DNA of 64,000 bases from a virus, in the IMG/VR virus record IMGVR_UViG_3300037808_001018. The stretch is one strand, 5' to 3'. Within the stretch, counting starts at the first letter, position 1, and each line of letters begins with the position of its first letter. The position numbers were made by a program, and so were the translations under genes. Shown here in pieces: positions 8,241 to 16,594 of the stretch. The notes below the pieces were generated by a model, which saw only the letters and a list, made by a program, of their open reading frames with translations, did not search any database and was not told where the DNA came from.

Positions 8241-8684
8241 ATGATCGAAAGTCTTGCCCTTCAAGTTCTTAGCCGAATCACCGAATCAAGCGTGATCGGT
8301 GGGACTGTTACGAGCCATACTCATTCGATTATGGTGCCGTTGGCAACCTCGGTCCAGGGGTTGTCGTCTGTTTACTCTGCCCAATGGGCAACGGCGACAT
8401 CCGTGACCCTCGATGCCGTCACCGATGCTTGTGGGAATGCTCTCAACATGTCAGGTGCCAAGCTTCGCCACTTCGCCCTCCAAGCGCCTGCCGCGAATGT
8501 TGCCGTGGTCGACTTTACGGGCAATTTCCACGGTGATGCCTTCGCCGGGCAACTTTGGCCAGGATCAGTCTATTCCGTGACCTTCCCACAACACGCCTCC
8601 CAAGCGGTGATCGATAACACGTTCGCCGTCGCTACCACCAGCGCGGATGCGAATAGCGTGATCAATGTGTTAGCGCTGGCCTAA
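8241..8684 (+). CDS. hypothetical protein (plus-strand island)
   Basis: 147-aa ORF rich in Ser/Thr/Ala/Val. Preceded by GGTAAG and GGTAAAAGG motifs. Confidence 0.45.
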   Translation: MIESLALQVLSRITESSVIGGTVTSHTHSIMVPLATSVQGLSSVYSAQWATATSVTLDAVTDACGNALNMSGAKLRHFALQAPAANVAVVDFTGNFHGDAFAGQLWPGSVYSVTFPQHASQAVIDNTFAVATTSADANSVINVLALA

Positions 8685-8697
8685 CTCTAATTATTGT

Positions 8698-9432
8698 ATG
8701 GCTAGTTTCAAAAGGCGAGGCGCTGCCCTCCGTAGGCTCAGACAAAACCAACGGCGACGGGCACTAAGGGATAAGGTTAAGGGCATTGATAGTAATAGCG
8801 GCATGCCTGCTGCTATTAGGGGCGCTTACGACAAATACGCCGATGGTTCGCTCCGTCGAGGTCGCGGGCTTTCAATGGGAACAACGAAACGCCTACGCCG
8901 GAACACGAAGATCAAAGCCAAGCGTTATCAAGATCAAAGCCAAGTCATCGTGGATGATCGCGACAAGCTTCGAGCTATCGTTTCCAAGGGTAGTTTCAAT
9001 ACGGAAATCGAACAAGCTATGCTAGGCGGAAATCGGCGCAGCATTCTCGCCCATGAGATCGGCCACATGAAAGATCGGGGGATGAAGAAGACTCTCAAGC
9101 GCAACACCCGCGTTCAAATTTCCGCAGTAATGGGCGAAATCAATGCCGCTAGCCTCTACGGCAGCCGCAATGCAAGATTTGCAAAGAGCATTCTCACGCG
9201 AGAGCGTACCGCTAACCGCAACGCCCTACGTGAACTCGTTCGGGCCAAGGCTAGCCGCCGCGAGATCGAGGATTTTAAAATCCAAGCACGACAAGGGTTC
9301 AATACCTATCGTCGCCAGCAAATCGGAGCCATCGTTGGCGACGATCAGGCGATTTTGTCAGCGTCAGACACTAAAAAGGTGATGAGGAAATTCCCTCACC
9401 TCCGAGAGGTTAAGGCGTTTTCCTCTCTCTAG
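8698..9432 (+). CDS. basic protein with HExxH zinc-metallopeptidase motif
   Basis: 244 aa. Contains SILAHEIGHMKD, an HEIGH motif of the style seen in ImmA/IrrE or M48 peptidases. The rest is very Arg/Lys-rich. Confidence 0.4.
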   Translation: MASFKRRGAALRRLRQNQRRRALRDKVKGIDSNSGMPAAIRGAYDKYADGSLRRGRGLSMGTTKRLRRNTKIKAKRYQDQSQVIVDDRDKLRAIVSKGSFNTEIEQAMLGGNRRSILAHEIGHMKDRGMKKTLKRNTRVQISAVMGEINAASLYGSRNARFAKSILTRERTANRNALRELVRAKASRREIEDFKIQARQGFNTYRRQQIGAIVGDDQAILSASDTKKVMRKFPHLREVKAFSSL

Positions 9433-9664
9433 CAATCGCCTCAATTGGTTTTGTCATGTCTCGAATGATGTTCTGATTCCCTAACGCGCTACGGACGAAG
9501 TACGTGCGAAGCATTTCGTCAGTTTCCATATCCTCGGTAACATCCGAAAGAATCGCGAAAATAAGCTTTTCTACAGAGCAATCAAGGCCATCAACTAGCC
9601 CCTCACATCGGTCCATAAGTTTGGGTGGAATGGAAAGTTCAAGGGTGTTTTTTTGGGGGGTCAT
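9410..9664 (-). CDS. ribbon-helix-helix-like small protein
   Basis: 84 aa. The N-terminus NTLELSIPPKLMDRCEGLV fits a beta-strand plus helix RHH pattern. Confidence 0.4.
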   Translation of the reverse strand: MTPQKNTLELSIPPKLMDRCEGLVDGLDCSVEKLIFAILSDVTEDMETDEMLRTYFVRSALGNQNIIRDMTKPIEAIARERKTP

Positions 9665-9780
9665 AAGTAGTATTAAATTTTAGGTGTTCTGTATTATCTA
9701 CTCATACCAGGTAAGCCCGGTCAAAGCTAAATCCAGCAAAATAATTCCTTTTTTGTTCTCGAAAATTGGGGAAAGAGTCA

Positions 9781-9824
9781 GATGAAAGGTTGTTCTTAGC
9801 ATTATTCAATAACCAAGCGTGAAT
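9781..9824 (+). repeat. 44-bp direct repeat, copy 1 (relic of an XRE-gene 3' end)
   Basis: gatgaaaggttgttcttagcattattcaataaccaagcgtgaat matches 10296..10339 with 2 mismatches. Confidence 0.9.
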
Positions 9825-9980
9825 GGAAACCTTTGTTTCTTCATCCATTGAAGGCGATATTCCACCACTTCGGGTTTGCCCTTTTTCGAAAAGAACGTGA
9901 ATCCAAGGACACCCCCACCTAACTCCGTACCGAAATGGCCGATTGACTTTGGTTTAGTTCTCTTTAGCGTAAGCAGACAT

Positions 9981-10337
9981 ATGCAAACCCCCTCGCTAGG
10001 CGACAAGATCAAGGAACTTCGTGCCGGTCTTAAGATATCTCTCCGAGAACTTTCCAGGCGGGCTGAGATTTCTGCGCCACATCTGTCAGACATTGAACTC
10101 GGAAGAAGGTACCCCTCTAAAGACGCTCTGGAAAGACTATCAAAAGAGTTAAAGGTTGAAGTTTCCCTCTTGAGTCAACTTGATACCCGTGATTCGCTAG
10201 GTGATCTGAAGCGGATGATGACGAAAGATCCGGCATGGGGCGTAGCTTTTCGACAGATGGCGGAGGACGGGAAACAAGGGAAGCTAACGCCCGAAGATGT
10301 AAGGTTGTTCTTAGCATCATTCAATAACCAAGCGTGA
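9981..10337 (+). CDS. XRE-family helix-turn-helix transcriptional regulator (repressor candidate)
   Basis: ATG at 9981. LGDKIKELRAGLKISLRELSRRAEISAPHLSDIELGRRYPS is a classic HTH_XRE pattern. Confidence 0.75.
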   Translation: MQTPSLGDKIKELRAGLKISLRELSRRAEISAPHLSDIELGRRYPSKDALERLSKELKVEVSLLSQLDTRDSLGDLKRMMTKDPAWGVAFRQMAEDGKQGKLTPEDVRLFLASFNNQA

Positions 10338-10339
10338 AT
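10296..10339 (+). repeat. 44-bp direct repeat, copy 2 (true 3' end of the XRE gene)
   Basis: See 9781..9824. Confidence 0.9.
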
Positions 10340-10404
10340 TTGGTTAAAAATGTGTCACTAATCCTCATAATTCAGGAAAAACTGGATCCATCAATCTCTA
10401 GAGC

Positions 10405-12189
10405 TTAAAGCAAATCGCACGCTTTAGCCACGACTAATAAACACGCAAAACAGTCCGCATCGTGATCGTTTCTCCCTAGCGTTTTGTCATACCACGCCCA
10501 CTGAGCGACTCCCGTGGCTGAGTTTACTTTCTTACGCCTTTCGTAGGCGCAAATGCTGCTTTGAAACTGCTTTGGAACGTCGCTCATGACCTGGATTTCA
10601 CCCGCTTCTCCCGAAAGAAACTGATTTGCCATGGCTAAAGCTGAAGGTTTTGCAATTTGAAAGACTTTTATAAATACCCGCCCAGATCCAGCCGTTCCAA
10701 TCTCTGGATCAACCACAGCAAATTTAAACACCTGTTTAAGGCCGTGTCCGACCTCAAACGTCTCCCGATTCACTCCGCGAAACGGCGTGAACCCGTGACT
10801 CATGTGCATTGAGTAAATGTCAGACGTCCCCCAGGCGCAGTCAATGACCACATCAGCGGCCTGAACCTCCCATCTAGTCGCCAACTCGCTCAACTCATCT
10901 GCGGAATTCACGTAACGACCGTAATCCAACAAGCGCAGCCTGCCACCAGCTCCCACGGACCAACATTGGTGTACAAAGTGCCGCCCACCTTTGGCTTGGT
11001 AGTCGCAGATCAAGAACCGTCGCCATGTTGGAGATTTACCAGCTAACGGCTCAACCTCCCACTCGATGGGATCAACAACCGGATCGTAATCATGTAGGAA
11101 CGGTTCCATTTTCTTGGTCACGTCTAGCATTGCGTAATCCAATGACCACGATAACCCCCGCGTCTCGGTGATATGATCCTTCATTGGCGCAATGTCGCCT
11201 AACGCTAATGCTGCCTTCGCTTTTAAATACTCCGTCAGAACACTCTCATACGTCGACCAATATGGTAAAAGACTAGACCATGAGTAGCTTCGATGATTGC
11301 GTGGCGCACCTGGGTTTTCCTGCACCCACTTCCCATTCCTGGAAATGTGCTTTCGGTCCGCTGGCACGTCCCAATACTTCTCTCCGCATTCAGAACATTC
11401 TACCCGTGCCGTCGCGCACGTCTCATCAAACAAGATGTTTCCATCATCGTCCTTCTTAATGTCATACTTAAAACACTTCCACTGTTGGTCCAAGTGGAAG
11501 TAACCCCCGCAATGCCGACATTTCACATGCCACTGATTCTGATCGCCAGACTGATAACTAATATCCATCTCGTCATCAACCTCATGCGGCGTCGAGATCA
11601 TTGCGACCTTAGCAGAACGGCCAAATGACCGTACGCGCTTCAGGATCATTGCTAGTCGCCCTGGAGGATAGGATCGGCACTCGTCCAAAAACAGTGCCTT
11701 AAACGCCGTAGACTGCACAGCGTGTTTTGATGTAGCGCCACACACGACGAAGAACGATCCTGGCATATACGCCTCCGTTGTTAGTCGTTTTGTCTTGTCA
11801 GTTGGAAGTTTCTTCTCAATCGGTTCGCACGACTCAAACATTGGCCAGATACGATTCTTGGCAATCTTCTTAGCCTCTTCCGTGTTCGCGCAAACCCATA
11901 ACAAATTACACGGATCCTCCGCTAGTTGCCAACATAACAGGCAAAGGATTTGCAGCGTCTTGCCCGATTGGGCACTTGTCCTACACGTCAGAAAGTTAAC
12001 CAGGGGATCGGCGTAAGCCTCCATCGGTTCTCTAACGAAACAAGCGTCCTCCGTATCATACGGAACAAGATCGACCGGGTTTATGCAGTAACGCTCTGCC
12101 CATCTCCACGGTCGACGATCCGTGAAAGGTCTAATACTGTTTCTAACAGCATCCGATAAGCGTGTTGATTTTTTTTTTGACCTAACCAC
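10405..12189 (-). CDS. terL: terminase large subunit, lambda GpA family
   Basis: 594 aa. The N-terminus (LSDAVRNSIRPF..WAERYC) is like gpA. Walker-like RTSAQSGKT, FLDECRSYP, and Cys clusters HVKCRHCGG and VECSECGEKYW are present. The start is GTG at 12187-12189, with no ATG for 55 codons. Confidence 0.85.
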   Translation of the reverse strand: MVRSKKKSTRLSDAVRNSIRPFTDRRPWRWAERYCINPVDLVPYDTEDACFVREPMEAYADPLVNFLTCRTSAQSGKTLQILCLLCWQLAEDPCNLLWVCANTEEAKKIAKNRIWPMFESCEPIEKKLPTDKTKRLTTEAYMPGSFFVVCGATSKHAVQSTAFKALFLDECRSYPPGRLAMILKRVRSFGRSAKVAMISTPHEVDDEMDISYQSGDQNQWHVKCRHCGGYFHLDQQWKCFKYDIKKDDDGNILFDETCATARVECSECGEKYWDVPADRKHISRNGKWVQENPGAPRNHRSYSWSSLLPYWSTYESVLTEYLKAKAALALGDIAPMKDHITETRGLSWSLDYAMLDVTKKMEPFLHDYDPVVDPIEWEVEPLAGKSPTWRRFLICDYQAKGGRHFVHQCWSVGAGGRLRLLDYGRYVNSADELSELATRWEVQAADVVIDCAWGTSDIYSMHMSHGFTPFRGVNRETFEVGHGLKQVFKFAVVDPEIGTAGSGRVFIKVFQIAKPSALAMANQFLSGEAGEIQVMSDVPKQFQSSICAYERRKKVNSATGVAQWAWYDKTLGRNDHDADCFACLLVVAKACDLL

Positions 12190-12725
12190 GCGCCTTTCGA
12201 TAGGTCGTCGAGAACACCACCAATTGCTTTTCGTATCCTCTCTTGCGCCTCCACCTCAGTCACGCCAACTACCGACTTTGCTAAACCGCGATCAAGCTTC
12301 TGAAGTTGGGCTTTCAATGTCTCTGCAAATTCCGACATGGTCAGCACCACCTCATCGTAATTTATCAGCTTTGCTTCACGCTCTGCTACAATAATTTCCG
12401 CCAATTGGCGCTTGGCTTTCTTCTCCCTCCATCGCTCCCTGGCGTACTCTTCACTAACGGTATCTAGATCAAGGTCCTCGTCATCGAGGTCGTTATCATC
12501 ATCCTCCGTAGCTACTACCGTCGCGCCTTGCGTGTCGTTACGGTTTGGGGGGCGTTCATAGAGCAGGTCCACCGCTTCTTTCCACTCCTTCAAGCCTTCA
12601 TACTTGCCGTTGACCTTATCGAGCGGCACCGACTTTCGCCAGTTCCCAATCGTGCCAACCGTGACGCCGAAACGACCCGCGATTTCTTTTATCGTTTTCA
12701 TAGGACCTTCAGATGTCTTCCCCAA
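12081..12725 (-). CDS. terS: terminase small subunit candidate with N-terminal HTH
   Basis: 214 aa. IKEIAGRFGVTVGTIGNWRKS is an HTH, followed by an acidic linker and a coiled coil. The gene lies immediately upstream of terL and overlaps it by 109 nt. Confidence 0.55.
   Translation of the reverse strand: MGKTSEGPMKTIKEIAGRFGVTVGTIGNWRKSVPLDKVNGKYEGLKEWKEAVDLLYERPPNRNDTQGATVVATEDDDNDLDDEDLDLDTVSEEYARERWREKKAKRQLAEIIVAEREAKLINYDEVVLTMSEFAETLKAQLQKLDRGLAKSVVGVTEVEAQERIRKAIGGVLDDLSKGAWLGQKKNQHAYRMLLETVLDLSRIVDRGDGQSVTA
12169..12178 (-). other. A10 homopolymer (T10 on the plus strand) in the terS/terL overlap
   Basis: The coding strand reads ggtcaaaaaaaaaatcaac. This is CAA AAA AAA AAT in the terS frame and TCA AAA AAA AAA in the terL frame. 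Confidence 0.95.
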
Positions 12726-12768
12726 TTATACGCGTAGCCGATTCTCTAGTTCTACCATTCGGCGTAGT

Positions 12769-13209
12769 TCACTGACTGATAGGTAATGACTTAACACCCC
12801 ATGACCGAAATCTTTGACCGGCGCGTTTTGCAGTTTCGCCCCCCCACTCCCAGCCAACTAATTCTGACTTCCTAGTTTCGTCATTGTAACGCGCCAACAC
12901 AAAGATATCAGCAAATTCTTTGCCTTGCTTGTGTAACAAATAGTGAGGGAGGCGGGCCGTCTTTACATCCACGGTAAATCGAATAGGTACCGTAAAATCA
13001 ATTCCACCATCTCCGCTTACTAATGTTTTTGTATTAGGCCATATCCCGGTTAACTCCGCAAAGGCAAATTCACCGGATAGCCCAACCATGTTATGCCCTT
13101 CAGAAAAAATCGTCTCAGAAGCGCACCCATTCTTATTCTCTGCTCGCGCCGCCCCTAAATCCAAATAGCGATCACTATGATTGGACATAGGATCAATTAG
13201 CCGCATCAC
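12769..13209 (-). CDS. possible PD-(D/E)xK-type nuclease
   Basis: 146 aa. The spacing GEFAFAE .. GDGGIDF .. VDVKT resembles an E..D..(D/E)xK catalytic arrangement. This is a weak call. Confidence 0.3.
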   Translation of the reverse strand: MMRLIDPMSNHSDRYLDLGAARAENKNGCASETIFSEGHNMVGLSGEFAFAELTGIWPNTKTLVSGDGGIDFTVPIRFTVDVKTARLPHYLLHKQGKEFADIFVLARYNDETRKSELVGWEWGGETAKRAGQRFRSWGVKSLPISQ

Positions 13210-13393
13210 ACTCTAAGCGACCCTCCATCTCGTTCCAGATCCTTTTCCTCACCTCCTTGGCAAATGCCCCGCCATCTTCCCACCCAAAAGTTTCGGCAAA
13301 CTCGGCAAATTCCTCTTGATGCTCTTTTACAAATAAACCGAGAACATCCAAATCTTGCCAATCTAAACCGCATAACGCTTTCATTATAGGCAA
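13193..13393 (-). CDS. hypothetical acidic protein
   Basis: 66-aa ORF overlapping the next gene's start by 17 nt. Confidence 0.4.
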   Translation of the reverse strand: MPIMKALCGLDWQDLDVLGLFVKEHQEEFAEFAETFGWEDGGAFAKEVRKRIWNEMEGRLECDAAN

Positions 13394-13597
13394 TTAAAAA
13401 AAAATAACAAAAATCGAGAGAGCACTTGCCCGCTTCGCTTAGATAAGTGCTAGTCCTAACGGGAGCCTTCTGACCCACCACCACGGTTTTTCAAGGGGTT
13501 GAGTTAATTCGCCCTTATTCCTCACGTACGCAGCCCTTTTAATTTGACTTGACACAAACACACGTTGTCTTACCGGGTAAGCGCTGTCAACTTAATT

Positions 13598-14119
13598 ATG
13601 CCATCCGAGAAAGAAATATACGAGAAATGGATAAAAGGCTTATCGTTTGAAGAAAGGGCGCAATTATCCCCTGAACTTTTAGAGTTCGCTGATGATCATG
13701 GCCGAGTCTCTGGTGGGCTCCATGAAGAGCATGATCCCGCCAGTATGGCTGTAGGTGACGCCAATGATAAAGGCCCGGTCAGTAGCGAAGAGGACAAAAT
13801 GAAGTATGAAATTGTTGACCGACTCATCACGGGGTTACTCGATAGCGCCAATCCCCGTATCAGCGCACTGGGCCTATGCTACGCGATGAACCTCCCCGCT
13901 ATTGCTGGCCTCGGCACGATGAAGCAGGCCGCTACTAGATTCGCCACTAGCAAGGCCAGCATTTCCAAGGCAGCTCGCCTTTGGGTCGATATTCTCGATT
14001 TGCACGATTTCGTGTCACCTCACCTCAAGTCTCGTAAGCGTTGTGATGCCTGCCGGGTGAGTCAAAAGCGCTCCCATTGGCGCAAATCCAAATACAAAAA
14101 GAAACGTACCTGTTTATGA
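13598..14119 (+). CDS. hypothetical protein, possible HTH near C-terminus
   Basis: ORF 13565..14119 begins at a TTG. The first ATG is at 13598 (MPSEKEIYEKW), downstream of the palindrome cttaccgggtaag. Confidence 0.45.
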   Translation: MPSEKEIYEKWIKGLSFEERAQLSPELLEFADDHGRVSGGLHEEHDPASMAVGDANDKGPVSSEEDKMKYEIVDRLITGLLDSANPRISALGLCYAMNLPAIAGLGTMKQAATRFATSKASISKAARLWVDILDLHDFVSPHLKSRKRCDACRVSQKRSHWRKSKYKKKRTCL

Positions 14120-14736
14120 ACCTTTCACTGTCCTTTGTTAATACCCCCCGTGGTAATGGCCTTAGCATCCCTGCTGAAACCAATCTGAAAGATTGGACTC
14201 AGCTCATGCATGGGCTCGCCCAGGTTAAGGCCCAATATCACTCTTGCCTGGGGGATGCGATCCGGTTCGGCAGGAAGAAGTTCGTCTCGGATGCCGATGA
14301 TGTTATTGAGCAAATGGAACTGCCCTTTGACGATGTTCAGCGTGCTGAGAGCGCTGCTTTGGCCCCTGCTTCCAAGCGAACGCTGCCGGCTGAGATTTAC
14401 CATGTCGCCAACAAAGAGGCTAAGGAGGACGTAGACCGCGATCAGTGGCTTGAGAAGGCAAAGAAGGAAGGACTTAGCGCCCGTGAGCTTCAGCACTCGA
14501 TGCGTATGGGCCGCGTAATACGGCAGGGTGAGATTGATAGCCTAAATGGCAAAGATAGCGCCATCCCTACTCTGCGGCCAGTGGGGACCGGCTTTGAGCG
14601 GTGGTTTCGTAGTGTTGGTGGCACTGCGGCTATTGCCCAACTACCTGAAGAAAACAAGGCGTCAATATTATTGCAACTTCAACCAATTTACGATTTGTGC
14701 TGGGGTATTGACCCTGAGTTGGCCGACGAAGATTAA
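14116..14736 (+). CDS. hypothetical protein
   Basis: The ATG at 14116 overlaps the upstream stop (ATGA), suggesting translational coupling. Confidence 0.45.
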   Translation: MNLSLSFVNTPRGNGLSIPAETNLKDWTQLMHGLAQVKAQYHSCLGDAIRFGRKKFVSDADDVIEQMELPFDDVQRAESAALAPASKRTLPAEIYHVANKEAKEDVDRDQWLEKAKKEGLSARELQHSMRMGRVIRQGEIDSLNGKDSAIPTLRPVGTGFERWFRSVGGTAAIAQLPEENKASILLQLQPIYDLCWGIDPELADED

Positions 14737-15074
14737 GAACGCTTACTCTTCTTAATTACGGCTTTGATCCGCTTTTCAGAGTCGGAGAGGATTTCGTTTT
14801 GTTTCTTCGCTGCCCGGTCCATCCCTTCCGCGAACCCCTTTTTGCGGGCTTTAGCTTTTTGGGAAGCCATATTGCCGCGCCTGCTGAAAGCCTTGCGTTC
14901 TGAACGCTCTCCTTGCCTTGTTCCACGTTTCTTGCCCACTCGGAAGGCTCGCTTTTTATCGAGCTTACCGCGCTTCAAAGCGCGTTTCAGGCGATTGCGA
15001 TAAACGAGGGCAGTGATCCCGGTCAACCCCGTGACTGTTCCTGCTGCTTTTTCGCGTTCAGTGATTTCGAACAT
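14733..15074 (-). CDS. basic family protein (Gly/Ala-zipper plus Arg/Lys tail)
   Basis: ATG at 15072-15074 (MFEITEREKAAGTVTGLTGITALVYRNRLKR). Aligns with residues 16-55 of 3263..3532. Confidence 0.5.
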   Translation of the reverse strand: MFEITEREKAAGTVTGLTGITALVYRNRLKRALKRGKLDKKRAFRVGKKRGTRQGERSERKAFSRRGNMASQKAKARKKGFAEGMDRAAKKQNEILSDSEKRIKAVIKKSKRS

Positions 15075-15099
15075 GTAATCCACATCACTACTCAAAACG

Positions 15100-15435
15100 T
15101 CAAAGGGAGGCCGCTTCCTTGGTCTCACGCCACCCGTCTGTGATGATGGTCTCGCTCAGTTCGCACATCCGTTCACCTTCCTCGGTGACAGAAATGACCC
15201 CGGCTGCACGGTCGATTCTAAGCGACTTCGTATCGATCATTTCGCGAATTAGTTCAGAGACGCGGAGACGGGCAAATTCGCTTTGTGGTGAATAATAGGC
15301 ATAAGCTTCCTCAATGACCATGACCCGAATGGCTTCCCGGTTGGATGGGTGCTTCTTCACGGCCTTAATTATCGTGGCAAACATCATCGCCTGCTTTTGG
15401 CGATTCTTGGTTGAGTCGAATTTCTTAAACTGCAT
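15100..15435 (-). CDS. hypothetical protein
   Basis: 111-aa ORF. The stop and start are coupled with 15435..16127. Confidence 0.45.
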   Translation of the reverse strand: MQFKKFDSTKNRQKQAMMFATIIKAVKKHPSNREAIRVMVIEEAYAYYSPQSEFARLRVSELIREMIDTKSLRIDRAAGVISVTEEGERMCELSETIITDGWRETKEAASL

Positions 15436-16127
15436 TAGAGCACTCCTTGTGATTTAAGGAACTGGACAAGGTCCAAGCAACGATCATCCACTGCTGCTCT
15501 CTCCACTACTGACATCCCCTTGTAAGTGTTACCGGCAGTTTTAGCGAAGCGCCCTTCTTTTGTGTTGTAAGCAGGCACAAGGACAACTACCGGCTTTTGT
15601 CTCTTCGTAGGATTCGACCTGACGTGGTCTACCCTGAACGATATCCATGGTGCCTCGGTTACCATGTCATTCCAGGAAACAAGCAAATTCGGATAATCTA
15701 CATGAATAGCTTTAGGCTTGAACTCGCAATCTTGGTCGAGCGACTCACCTATTTTCGTGGCAATAGTTTTCACCTTTGCGTAGGCAGCTTCTTTCATGAG
15801 CCATGTGGTTGTGGACGGAAACGCAGCATGATTGGAGAAGCGTTCCTTATCGAGACTGTAACCAATCTTGTACCATTCCCAGTCTTTTGAGGCCACGCCG
15901 TCAGTCTTCACGCTTCGCCCTATGTGGAAGGTTAACCATCTTCCTTCCCTTGATGAAATATTGTCGAAAGAGACAAAAAACTTATCCAGGCCATCGGGAT
16001 CAGCGTGCGCTTCCTTGATTTGCTTGGCGAACCTAAGAAAAGTGTGACTATCCGATATTGTAAAGTTCTCCGGTGGAACTTGCTTTAGTTGTTCTAGCAG
16101 TGAATTTGCTTCTAGTGTGGCAGACAT
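15435..16127 (-). CDS. hypothetical protein
   Basis: 230-aa ORF, the first gene downstream of the large non-coding region. Confidence 0.5.
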   Translation of the reverse strand: MSATLEANSLLEQLKQVPPENFTISDSHTFLRFAKQIKEAHADPDGLDKFFVSFDNISSREGRWLTFHIGRSVKTDGVASKDWEWYKIGYSLDKERFSNHAAFPSTTTWLMKEAAYAKVKTIATKIGESLDQDCEFKPKAIHVDYPNLLVSWNDMVTEAPWISFRVDHVRSNPTKRQKPVVVLVPAYNTKEGRFAKTAGNTYKGMSVVERAAVDDRCLDLVQFLKSQGVL

Positions 16128-16131
16128 GATA

Positions 16132-16200
16132 AAGGCTCAATAGAACTGGGGAGAAACATGGTTTGCGCTATCCGCAACCATCCCAGCTCAATTGAGCCTT
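16132..16200. other. 69-nt long imperfect hairpin
   Basis: Outer stem is aaggctcaat/attgagcctt, middle stem ctggg/cccag, inner stem atgg(t)ttgcg/cgcaaccat with a 5-nt loop. It abuts the start codon at 16127. Confidence 0.6.
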
Positions 16201-16370
16201 TTGGCCTGAAGGGTTTCTCGTCCTACAGCGTGAGACCAAGTTGGCCCCGGTAAGAACATTTGCAACTCCTTTTCATCTTTTCTTCATTTTCTTGAATCGC
16301 TAGGATTTTAGCGTCGCGCCAAGACTTTGCCAGCGCCATTCTTTTTGCGCCTTTCGGGTGTGTGATGATT

Positions 16371-16420
16371 CTGCCTTTTCCCTCTTTTCCGCCTTTTTCT
16401 CCTTCTCTCCTCATTCCTTC
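16371..16420. repeat. polypyrimidine (plus strand) / polypurine (minus strand) tract
   Basis: ctgccttttccctcttttccgcctttttctccttctctcctcattccttc contains only three purines in 50 nt. Confidence 0.8.
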
Positions 16421-16580
16421 AGTTGGGTACGTTTAGCTGGCCCGTCCCGATGCTCCCAGTCAGTTAGGGAGGTGGGTAAGAAAAGACTACGTCCTTACCC
16501 ACCTACCCTACCCAACTGGATCGGGATGCCTGGCTAAACTTACCTAGGTAGGTTTATAAACTTACCTACCTAACTGGATT
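16420..16580. promoter_or_regulatory. dense inverted and direct repeat cluster, putative replication origin
   Basis: cagttgggta (16420-29) pairs with tacccaactg (16509-18). ggtgggtaag (16471-80) pairs with cttacccacc (16494-503). The direct repeats are aaacttaccta x2 and aactggat x2. The cluster lies directly downstream of the helicase and primase genes. Confidence 0.35.
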
Positions 16581-16594
16581 ACGGTTAAAAACAA

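Noticed and set aside
9806-10093. 95-aa minus-strand ORF opposite the XRE gene
   Set aside because: It is antisense to a gene with a clear HTH_XRE signature and has no features of its own.
13549-13581. Reading GGTAAGAC as the -10 element of sigma70-type promoters
   Set aside because: The spacing to TTGACA-like hexamers is inconsistent between sites: 17-18 nt at 24947 and 25435, but 21-23 nt at 13549 and no partner at 8207. The motif is therefore reported only as a recurrent element of unknown role.
16223-16414. 63-aa ORF MRREGEKGGKEGKG..
   Set aside because: It is the translation of a polypurine tract inside the structured non-coding region. The sequence is low-complexity, and there is no coupling to neighbours.
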